This document shows positions 1 to 12,500 of a DNA stretch of 39,977 nt, piece by piece (the stretch's first letter is position 1; every line of letters begins with the position of its first letter). Source of the DNA: Catajapyx aquilonaris (lineage: Eukaryota); NCBI GenBank assembly GCA_000934665.2, contig JYFJ02003576.1:1-39977 (forward strand). Direction: 5' to 3'. The notes beneath the pieces are model-generated. The model had not been told where the DNA came from. It searched no databases and worked only from the letters and a program-made list of their open reading frames with translations. Both the position numbers and the translations under genes were made by a program.

Positions 1-845
1 CACACCGGCGGTGCGAACACAACGCTGCACCCGTCCCTCGGCCCAACTTGGCCTCCGCGAGTGGGAAAAATCGTCGTGATCGTGCGCCCTTAAGGGTCTC
101 AGCTCCATGGAGGGGGGAAATGGGAACATGAATCCTCATGAGGCACTGAGAGTGGAGATGGAAATCGAATGTTCCAAGTACACTGCAAAAAGCAGCACTT
201 TGGGCCCAACTCACTGTAAAACTCAGGTTTGTCCTGAAAAGCAAAGAGTTTCACACACGAAAGAAATACACCTTTGGAAGGGATAGGGGGGGAGGGGATG
301 TATTTTTTTAAAAGCACTAAATGCACTTGGATATGCTGGCCACATGCATGGCTTAGCATCTTTTTCCCCGCTTCCAGGTATGATGGGAGTAGATGTCCGA
401 AAGCTGTGTACCAGTTAAGCCACCAGATCAAAATTCTTAGTTAAGATCTACAAGTCATACATCGCATAATCATACCCTTCACTTGACTCTTGGCTGACAA
501 AACGCTGGAAATATTGATTCAAGTCTTTGGACGCGTTGGCTGGCCACAAGTACCATCCTCATGCCTGCACATCAAGAAAAAGATCGCAGATTAGTCTGGA
601 AGAATTCCAACTTTGCAAATGCCTCAGTTTATGTTTCCGAAAGCATTTGGCTTCAGAAAGTAATGCTGCACTACAGTCAATTATCACAGATTATGTATTT
701 TCCTGCAGTTTATCCTTTTTATATCGGTGCGCCAGGAAAATAATATCTGTTTTTTATTAGAAAAGCAACAATGTAGCCCTGGAATTTCCATTTCATACAT
801 CTGAAAGCTTCAAGTGTCTGCTTTTTTTTTCAAAATAGTTTCCAG

Positions 846-3800
846 CTAAATTGGAGCATTTGTCATAGAGTTGCACATGATTCTCACCTTTGTTTCTTGC
901 TGACCAGCATTATGTGAAAATTCCATTTGAGGCACGGCATCCTTTTCAAGGCTTAGCCGCTTACATTTTCTTGCGGGTGGACCTGAAAATGCATTATAGT
1001 GTTACATATCAGCACACCTGACACTGAAAACTAACAAAATTTATCATATAAAATGTGTCACTCACCAACATAACTGAGTAGAACTGGCAAGAATATTAGT
1101 CCATGTGCTGCTCCAATGAACACTATTCCTAGATACATCCGGAAGTAAAACACCTGGAAGATCTGAGACTTCGCAAATCCTAGAACGACAATCCCACCTA
1201 ACTTGGTCAGGGTGACTCCAGACAGCACCTAAAATGTAGTAACATATAAAAGCACTATTAACTTGCAATCAGTACGGAATAAAAGTCTAATACAATGACT
1301 TATTTTACAGACAAGTATCACAGACAACCACAACCTGATAAATTTTACGTAACTTGTCGCAATTTAATATTTGCACACTCACTTTTACCTCTAGCAACTC
1401 CCCTGCTGTATGCCACCTAATTATGATTAGCCACAGAATTAAAATTGAATGACTTTTCAGGTGTCTTGAAACTTAGTTGACAGTACCGGAAGAGTGCTTG
1501 ATCCCAATACTTACAGCGCTGCCCATGTTGATGAGGGCATCTTGCGCCCTGGCCTCCCTCCCTTCCTCATCAGAAACCGAAAAGGCATGTACCAAGTGAC
1601 TGCAGAATTCGACGGCAATGCCAACGGCCATGACCAGGTTGACTAGTGAGACTGCATTCAGGGAGATGCCCCACCAGTACATGAGCCCTCCCAGATTGGT
1701 GACGATCATGCCGATTGTGACAATGACAATCAACGAGAGGTGGATGTCTAACCCCATCAGCAGGAAGGTGACTACAAATATGGCCGCCAGTGAAATTCCA
1801 AGGGAAGTCAGAACATCCCTCCACATGGTCAGGTACTGCTCATAAAACACATAAAACACGCTGTAGGGGAACACCTCCGCTGCTGGAGCTTCTGATGAAC
1901 GATTTGCGTTCAGGGTGTTCGTTATGTTAGCTGATATTGCACGGGCCCATTCCAAGGCCTCATAATAGTCCTTAGATGTTTTCAGGATAGTGTGATACGT
2001 CATGAAGTAGTTGGAACCCACTTCCACGCTTGTGTTTGATTCACGCTTCCAGTTCACTCCCTAATAGCAAAGGAAATATTTATATTTTAATAACCACAAA
2101 TATTTTTCCACAGTACTTCGTTTAATAATAACGATAAATTAATACTGGATACCCTATGATAGGTCTACTCGACTGGGGACTTTTAGGAGACTTTTTTTCC
2201 CTTGACTTTAATCATTGACTGTGTTGTGATGGATTTTGATTTTGTGAAAAAGTGATGGGAGAACCCCCCAAAAAACCGAGTAGAAAAGAGATCATTAGAA
2301 TTTGAGTTTTTCAACTGCGCCCAGGAGTTTCAGCTAATTAGATGACAGGATGCCAACATTAATAGTCTCTAGGTAGTCTGAAAGTAAGTGAGAATTTTCT
2401 GAACATACAAACTTAATGTTTTATATACGCAGGGCCGGTTTCACCAAGCACGGTTTTCATAAAAACCCCGGTTCTTTCGGAAAATCTCTGCAAATAGAAT
2501 AGGGATTTTTCGAAAGAACCGGGGTTTTTATGAAAGCTAGGCTTGGTGAAACTGGCCCATAGTGATACTTTGCCCAAATTTACAGTCCAGAAGGTGGAAG
2601 CAGTGTAAGTTGGTGGATTAGTCAAGCCCAAGGTGTAAGAATACTTAGGTTTGGACACTCCTCCTCTTATCGCGTTGGGGACCTGACGTAGCTGTAATGC
2701 GGTGGGGGACCACAGGCAGCGCTGGTAAGGCAGTGACTGCTCAGGTGGTAAAAACCAGTCACCTCTTCCCCTGGACAGTACCATGTTGGGTATATAGGTG
2801 AGTGACAGAGGAAGGGGAGAAGATCCCCCTCATCAGCCATGACACTCTACATGGCGATGCCCAAGGGAAGAAATTAGACCAGTTTTTATGCCTCAGCAAC
2901 CACTTCCTGGTTTTGACGTGGATACGTCTTTAAAATCGGATCAGGGGGCATGCAGGCAAACTCGAGCGTTACAGAAAGACGTATCCACGCCTGCATGCCC
3001 CCACCAAACATAATGTAGGTTGAGCCTGCAAAAGCTGCGGCTTGTGTCCCCGACAAAACCTAATGTAATTTTTTTATTCCCCCTGTACCAGTGGTGGGTG
3101 CTTCTCTACCACCTTTGCATGGAAAATTCAGATATGAATGCTGCATCATCAATGTTGGAATTCGAACCCAGCTCCAAAGGCAACTTAAGCCCTCAACTTT
3201 ACAATGATGCCACATTCTGGAGTGTCAACTTGGGGACAGTGACACCACCAATGCAACATTTACATTTCAGGTAACTGATACTGGTGCAAGAGTCGAGCAT
3301 CTCTCTGATGTTGTTGCTCTAAATATGTGGAGGGCTCGGGAGAAAAACGTGATAACCGCCAGTGAAAAATGTAAAAAGTTCTTGCCCTGATTTTTTCCAC
3401 GGAAACAAATGAAGCACAGTGGCTGTCCTTCTGTGGGTATGTGTGGAGTACCTTCATGAGTATTCGTGAATTTTCCCCCGCCTGCAGAGGGCACCAGTCA
3501 CTAACAGTCAGCCTGTGAGCCCACTGCCGCATACCGGTTAACACGTTTTACTCCTGAGACATTCAATTCGTGCCAAAGCTACCTACCGACAGAGCTGCAA
3601 GTCTCGCAGGACATTCTGGACTCCTCAAACGGTGACCCCGACTTCCTGCACACTGTGATGACTGGTGACGAGTCGTGGGTAGTACCCTACTCAAGTTGTT
3701 CTGTCATTTTTGCGGGAAATGAAAATTCAACCAGCGCTGAGTACCCTCGGTCACTCACAGGCTGACTGCCAGCAACTGACTCTGCCTGCAGGTGGGAAAA

Positions 3801-6471
3801 AAATTCACGAATACTCATGAAGGTACTCCCTACCAGAGGACACCTTCCATGCTTCATTTGTTTCCGCGGAAAAAAAATCAGGCCTAGAACTTTTTTGCAT
3901 TTTTCACTGGTGGTTATCGCGTTTTTCTCCCGAGCCCTCCATATTAGGGGCATTTCCAATACAAACACTGAGGCCTACGGAGGCTTTGAAACTCAACTGC
4001 CTGTCTCAAAATTTGTAGTCCTAGATCCAGTAAAAGAACCCAGTTTTCCCTCAGTTAATTTCAGTAGCGATTCACTGACGCATGCACTTGTGCTGTTTGA
4101 TATGCTTACTGCCACTTAACTTTGATAAGAGATAAAAATGTACTGTACCTGGGCATATCCAGCATGTCCTCCTTTGGGACAGTGCACCCCTGGATTGTCT
4201 TGCAGGAACCAAGGCAGGTAGCGTTTAAAAGATTCTGCATCTGGCCTCCCACTTGGAATGTCACATTTTTCACATTCACTCTTTTCTGCAAAAAGGAGAG
4301 CACCTGCACTGTACCTGACATCCAATAATAAACGGGGATGATATGATATATGCTTACTATCAGTCGCAGGACAAAAGGTATGACCATCTGTACGGACCCG
4401 ACAGCATGGATCGTTGCCAGCATCATCATCCATGTTAAAGTTGGACCATTCAATGTAGTCATCTAACCATGAAGATGGTGGTCTTGCAATATATGTTCTG
4501 TAATCACACAACTACCATATAAGTATAATAGCAGAGAAGACTTTCACACAAGCACATGTCGTCAAATCAGAATCTACGACTGGTTTTTCATGCATAACAT
4601 CAGAAAGAATCAGTAGACAATGAAGAACATATATTAAATGTCAGATTTTATTACAGTGTCTGACCTAGCCCCTTCCACACAACCTGTACACATTCCTTAC
4701 ATCCCAACAAGTCGGTGTTCATTAAGACAATGCTTCAGAAACACTACCGCTATTCTCAGGACACATTCTAGTGTTCTCTCCCATTCAAGAGACATACAGC
4801 ATGCACATTGCCTGTGCCAAGTGGGATGCACAGCCAGCAGCTTAAAATAACAAATGAAATGTGAGAGAAAACTGGCACATTTCTGAAGTGAAGCAGGGTT
4901 GAAAAGAGCCACATCATTGCATTACGATTTCTAAAGTCAATTAGACTATTCATATAATCTTCATTATGACATTTGCTGTAGTTATCTCAAACATTTCCCC
5001 CACTTCGTGGATATGGAACACTTTTAATATTGTAGGCCACATACTCTTCTGTGGTTGTTAAAACCTACCTGCTAGATTTCTGGGATGCCATATAAATCTG
5101 AGCAGTTAGTGAATCTGAGTCACATCCAAGTCCACTGCATATTTTGTTCTGCACATCAGTTTTTGAGTAGTCAAGTCCATCTTTCACCACAAAGTACACT
5201 GGTGGCCCAATAGATAAGAACTGAAACATGTACTGAAATAAAAGAGATATTAATTAATTGAGGAATAACCTCAGCAAGCACTATCTAAACATTTCCTTAG
5301 TAACAGAACATCATGAGAGTGATTCAGAAAGTCCCACAATTGATTCATTCATGGCCAAATGGCTAACACAAATAATCTGATCCGACTGTGCCAGCCTGTA
5401 GAGTGCCTTCTGTCTAGCTTTAGGTGCAGAGGTCAGCAAGTGGTGCTCAGTGAAAATGGACGTGGGGAGTAGCTCAGGTCACGTTACAAAGGAAGATCAA
5501 CATTCCTTCATTAGGATTCAGACGGTGTGTGGAGAAGTGTCGCTGATGGGCACCCACGACCATCCAAAAAAGACTGGGGTCATTGAGAAGAATGGGGATT
5601 ACACTGAAGGCCTGTAATGGTCCATCCATATACTCCTCATTCACCAGTCTGTTACATACAGTGTACAAACCATTGCAATGCTTTTTGAATCTCACCCTCC
5701 TATTTGTCATTAGGCAGATTTATGAGTCCAGACTTAAACAATATGTCTTGCACTTACCTTTAAGAACTTGAGTACATGGGAGTCTTCTGGCATGGCTAAT
5801 TCTTGGTCCAGGCCAACCTCAATCTTGGGCACCAGAGATATGCTTGTGCACAACCAAGCAAAGAAGAAAATAACGACTAGGGCTCTCACCACTCCTTTCA
5901 GGAGGAAAGGGGCATAGAAATCCTTGAACAGCTTGTACATGGTTGTCTCTGTTGTTGTGGTGTCCGTCAGCTTGGACCCTTCCACACAACAGCAAACCTC
6001 ATAGCGATTGTGCTGCAATAAAATTATTATTTTTAGCTCAATGCTAGCCAAACTTGCAAACTGGTGATCCAATCCAAATATCAATAATCTTCATTTGCGC
6101 TTTACTCTTCATTATCTGACCCTGCACATCACTATCCCTAAATTACACTGTATTCCTGCATTGCACTAGAACTGTAAGGGCTCCTGAAATAAATCTTACA
6201 GTGTAATTTTTATGGTACAATTCTATTAATTATATTATATAATAAAACTCCTGAAACTTCCAGTACATACAAATATAGCATCGCTTCAATGAACACAAAT
6301 GCCAATCTTGCAATCCTAGACATTGTGTTCCCAACAATGGTGTTCCAATGGTTAGCAATTTTTTTGCTTTGAGGGGCTAGTTTTCAAGCAGTTACTTTGG
6401 AACAGTTACCAGCATTAGGTGCTAATATTAGGCCAAATTTAATTAGTCATCCAAGCTCCACATCAAGTGTC

Positions 6472-6521
<50 letters not shown>

Positions 6522-9500
6522 CCCCTGATACTTTGTCCTTTTCTGCATTCCTCCCTCCTAGAGATCTGCATATATGCTAAGCCTCACAGGTGAATCAGGA
6601 TTTCATCTGTCAACTTACCTCTTGCCGCCACGTGTCAAGTGAAAATAATGCCACGAAGCATGTAATATGCAGCGAGAAATCCAACAGAAGGGCCATGCCA
6701 GCATAAAATGAAAAGGCTCTTACTGCTGGCATATCTGACAATCCACCTGGAAACAATAACCAACACATTTATGAGTACCACCTCAAGCTTATGTGAGCAA
6801 AATCCCAAAAGCATGATCTCACCAAGGAAAAAGCATAAACCGTCTGTTCCAGTGGCCAAAAGCATAGATGGGGCAACCTCTCCTACAATGCGGCCAATGT
6901 GCTGTGCATGATCTTCTCCTGGCTGCGGTACATCCCTCTGGTATGCCTGAACCAGAATAAATATGTTGTCCACTCCAACAGCCAGGACCAAAAAGGGAAT
7001 CACTTCAATGATGATGAGGGTGGCTGCCACTCCAACGTAGCCGAAGAAACCAACTGAGGCTGCCACTGACACCAGTACTATCACCACCCCACCCATGCCC
7101 AGTGTACCCTTACTCTCAATCTGAAAATACAGGATACAGGGTCTAAATACCATCAACAACTATTAGATGCAAAGTACTGAAAACATATCTCCATATCAAG
7201 ACATCAAAATGTGTTCCCAAGCAATTGCAGCAAAAATGTGAGTGAGAGCCAGAAGCAAATTTCCCATTCTTCCATTGACTTCTTGCTTATGCTTGGATCT
7301 CAAATTCATTCCAAAACTCTTGTTCCCACTCAATAAATTATAAGCATAAACTTCCACTCACGAAAAGTCTCTTAAAACTGGTCCAATGGCCCAGTGCAAC
7401 TGCAATATATGCAAACATAATCATGTAGCTGATGACTACAGTAGTTATCTCTGACTGTGATACTCTCTCCAGTTCATCTTCTATGGAACGCTCCGCATTG
7501 AATGCAATATCCATATTACGGGCAGTCTGATCCTTCACGTACCCTTTCATGTGACTGATGAACCTACAAATAGGAATATAAAAATTATTAGCTTCCTTTT
7601 TAGCTTACTCACAGCACATCAAAAGCTGAAGGCATGGAAACTTACGCTTTTTCCCAACTGAGTGCAGGTTTGAGGAGGGTCTTGTTGTAGTGGTTGTTCA
7701 CCACAAAGGTCATAACAAGAGAATTGGCCAGCTGATAATTTGGTGCGCCTTCCAATGTCTCTCCAGGCTTCAGAAACCCTCCCAGAGCAACTGCTGGATC
7801 AATTGGCCCACCATATTCACCTAAGCAGCTCTGTTCAAGTCTTACAGCATCTTTAATGGCTACCGGATTGCTATACAAAAATTCAGCGCATTTTATAGTA
7901 GCAGTCACTTGACTAAGTTTAAACTAGAACAATCCCTACAAGATGTTGCAATAGTCTAGCTTGTACCAAGAGCTAATAACTCTTGCTTGTATGACTTCAT
8001 CCTCTCATGCATTTTCTTACACACTACTGTCGTGGATCATTATTTATTGCTTCATAATGCTATTCTTCTAACACACCAACTCCTTCAATTATTCATGCAG
8101 AATGCAGGGATATACGTTAAGCTCCCTCTGCCGGCTACAGTAATATCTAGATGATTGGCAATTTTCATTAAAGTTTTACGATGAATAAAGTTGCTTTTCT
8201 TTTTCACAGTAAAGGCCTCAATACGTCATGGATATTCCAATAGGTGTTAAAAGTCAGCTTGAAGTCAACTGTTTTAGTGCTGCTTATTAACTTGCATTCT
8301 AGCAGTATGATTTATGTACAATAACTATTCTTTCAAACAACACACCTGGCACAAAACTTGAAATGGTCCAAATAATTATAAAGGTATCCGTCCTCATCTG
8401 TAACATTCTTCTCAAAGGTTTCCAGATTGTTCTGCCAATATCCCCAGGCACTCAAAATGGCACAGTGGTCAATATCAGGATAAAGAGGCTTGAAGCAAAT
8501 ATCTGAGAGTGTTTCATTATTCTCCCCTTGAAGCTGCAAAAGATGGCATTAGTCATTCCATTAGCTCTTGGTCATTCTTCTTCATAATAAAACAGAAGTA
8601 CTGTACTGGGGTAAAAGTCATGCACTACAACAAGATACGCACCTTATGGGTCAAGTAGTATTGCAGTTTATAGACTTCCACAAGAAATTCTTTATTGAAG
8701 ACAGGACCAAAAGTTTGAATTCCTTCTGTAGTGTTGTGGGTGACATGATCTAACCCAACAGCCTTGATTATGATCATCTCAGTACGATAAAATGGCTCAA
8801 AGTTCTTGTCAAAATATTCTCGTTCAATTCGGGAGCGACTCTCTGGATCAGCCCAAAGTTCCACAGGATCAGTGGTCACTTTCGTGAAGCGTATTCCACA
8901 ACACAATCCTCCTGCCACAACCACGCCAATGACCAGCACGTATACTGGTTTCCGAGCACAAACTGCATAAGAGAGTGGGATGTTCATACACAATAATTGC
9001 CAACCATACACCTTTAAATTAATATAAAGACATGTGCATGTATAGGCTTGGAAAATAAACTCACATGTGCCTAAGCGGGTGAAGCCCTTCTGAATAACCT
9101 TTTCAGTCCATTCTCCGAGTCGCTCAAGGAGTGAATTAGGTTCATCCTCCTGAAGTGATGTAGTAGAAACAGCTCCAACTCTGCTCTCTAGGATCCCTGC
9201 GGGAGGAAGCACCAGATCACGAATAATCCCCACTTAGCACACACGTAGATAATCCTTGTGTTGGGAGACATGGTGGTCTGGTGGTTACACCACTGGCCAG
9301 CCAAGCGGGAGGCCGGGGTTCAAATTCCGTCCCCGTCACCTCTGCTTGGCCGAGTCTCTTTCCGCTTTTCACCCAACATGCCAGGGCAGAATTGCACTCC
9401 CTACTCTGCCCAGGGCCATGAGAAAAGGTCTGGTGTATTTCAGAAAGTCAGAAATGACTATAATTACAGGGCCCTCCCTTGGGAACCTCCCTTCCCCCTG

Positions 9501-12500
9501 CAAGGGCTCCACCCTATCATGGGGTTTAAAAAAAGATAATACTTGTGCCAAGACATTGTATGTTAACAACACAGCAGGCAAACATGCAACTGGATTAGCT
9601 AGAATTACTTAGAAATTACTGCTGTGCAAGCATTGTTCAGCATATAATATATTCTCCCCCCAACAATCACAGTAGTATATCATCATATACCACATGGGGA
9701 AAAAATCAGCTCACACCTTTATCTGAGACAATTTCATGAGACACGCCTCCTGCTTCATGTTCACTCCCTGATTGCAAGGCAAATGGAAATGGGAAGGCAT
9801 TGCATCTGCACTTCTCTTCCAGGCTCTTACTTGGCAGGTGAAAGAGTGGCTATTTAATTCATGAGCATCACAAATAATGAAATATGGACACAAGGTGATT
9901 GGTTTTCCATGAGGCACATTGCTTTTAAATAATCTGCAATCGCATTTAATATGTACTACATCGACGGAGATTCAAAATTCAGTAAAAGTCAACTTTGTAT
10001 CTTTTCCAGTTCTGGCTTTAGAATAAAACAGACATTATAACCTCTTTTAGCAGGTGTCCCTATTATTTTGTCCAACCTCTGATAGGCTCAAATGATGAAA
10101 ACGCTTATTGGTGTTGTCGGTGTTTGAGCGTAACATTTAATTACTTAATTTTTATGTAGAGGTTCCCCTGAGACATGAATATAATTTCAAGGGTTCCGGG
10201 CGAGTAAAAAGGTTGAGAAAAGCTGTGCTAGATGTTTAGGTCAAAAATGACAAAAATGTGGGTTATCACCACACCCCTCAATAATTGTGCCTTCAGCCAC
10301 AGCTTTCTTCCTTTCCGCAGCCAGAATTGCTAGTATGAGCAGCAAGTGGCTAAGCTCACCAGTTAAACATTTCAATAAAATGTCACTGGAATAGCTACAT
10401 CCAACAAAAAGTATGTATATCTCAGGCAATGATCCACACCATGAACTGCCACAAGTAAGTACAGTACTGTGCTATACAACCAGTGAAACAGCATTACAAT
10501 CCTGCAAATCCTTTGAACCAGTGGCCTTCCAGAGAGAATAAGTGCCTCACAAGCTTTTTACAGCAATACTATACTACTGCTTCCAATGCTAGGGAATTTA
10601 GCAACAACATATTTCTTAATACAACACATAAGAGACTGTGACTGTAACTCAAATTCATTAACATTCAGGAAATTTTCAGTGATTTATTAGAATATACTCA
10701 CCCAATCTAGCCCTTTTCTTGTGGCTCAGCACCAGAAAGATGACAAACAGAATGACACCCACAACAAACACTCCTGCCATGATGAAAGTGAGTCCGTCCA
10801 CACCCAGAATCCTCCATTCTTCAGGGAGAGGAGGCAATGATGGGACCGCCAGACAACTGTCCTGGCAGTCCACACAGCTGCAGGCATGAGTTGAGTTCTG
10901 CAACACAAGTGGTATACCCATTGTGTCAATTAGGTTACAAAAGAGCACCATTTTATCAGGATAAAGTGTGCTCCAAATGAAATGATCATTTTAATAATAA
11001 TAGAAATAGTAAGCTAATTCCTATTTAAACAGAACAGATTTAGTTACATGTCACATAAATACTTGGAAAATCCTGTGCTGGGAGCATGGGATCAAACAAG
11101 TATTCCTAAACAGACAACTTTCTGCTGCTCTCTAGGTATGTTATAGACAGGTTGTACTTAATTAATATCAACAATGTGGTGATATTACAACTATTCAGAA
11201 GTAGCTACCTTCTTTAAAATTAAAGAAGCAAATTGACCCAAAAAATAATTTGCTGATGAGTGTCGACAGAGACTTGTATCAGTTGCAACACATAGTATAA
11301 TTTTATGCGAAAGAAAGAAATTTGATATGAATGTCCCTGAGAACGTACTCTTCCAATCCAGATATGGCTCAATGCCCGTTTTGGCCCCGGAGGCCCGTAA
11401 TAGTGGGTTGGCTATCCTCCAGCGAGTGAAAAGTCTTTTTCTGAGCAAACTATTTTAGTGACCCTTTGCAGAGGCTCGTGGTTGGCCCTTAAAAGGGCCG
11501 TTTGGTTAGGCTAGTCGTGGTCCTGAAAAGGACCTGGATGTCCGGTGCGCTGCGGAGCTCAGAAGTCGGTCTTCTCCGGATGAAACCTGCTGGTCGAGTG
11601 ACTTGCCCGCGCCTTGGGTGCCACTTTTTATGGGCAAGGCGCGGACCTTGTGGAGATCCAGCGAGAGTGGCTCGACTCTGGCCTTGAAGTTTTTTAGGGG
11701 GGAAAGGAGCCGGGGAAGGGAATGATTAGGCTGCCGAAGAGACTCGGGGGAAGTTTCCCAGTGAGATGATGCCGGCCGGGCAGGGTTTGCCTACCGGCTC
11801 ACCATACTATGCTTCTCAGGAGGATGTGTACCAAACAAAGGCTGTAGAGAAACGTGTTCTACAAAAAAGTACGTATCATGTAGCTTTTCCACATATGGTC
11901 CGTATTTCGGAGCTACATCATCATCATCATCACCATCACGACATTTCCCTGTAAGAGGTAGTCAGCGATGACGGGAGCCACAATGACGGGGCCAAAACAG
12001 GCATGGCACCATATCTGCATTTGAAGAGTATGGTCACAGGGACATTCATAGCAAATTTCATGCTTTCACCACCAAATGCACGATTGACCCATTGTCCATC
12101 CCGTAACGTCCTGTATAGTGTGTTGTTACAAACTACAAAGGTTTTCTTTAGAATTATTCTCTAGAGCAGCGTTTCTCAACCTTTTTACCCATGCGGAACC
12201 CTTGAAATTATATTCATGTCTTAGGGAACCCCTACATAAAAATTAAGTGAATTTCCGTCCCACTGCTAGATACTGCTAACTTAGCCAGTACCAGTACCAA
12301 CACTGGTACTGCTAGGTTAGCACTAATTAGCAGTGCCAGTGGGCCGAAAATTCCACCCTAAGTTATTAAATATGCTAGGCTCAAACACAGAAAATGATCT
12401 GGGAGTGAAAAAAAAAATTGGGCCATCTGTGTACTACACAACGTGACATCGATAGAGCTTAAAAACACAGTAACTCTTTTCGTCTTCAAATTAATAGGGT

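Noticed and set aside
9264..9340. tRNA gene
   Set aside because: A and B boxes are present but there is no convincing cloverleaf or oligo-T terminator, and it continues into a SINE-like body.
11250..11280. Hammerhead ribozyme core (CTGATGA), here and at ~2830, ~20535 and ~27013
   Set aside because: No correctly placed stem II plus GAAA and closing helices.
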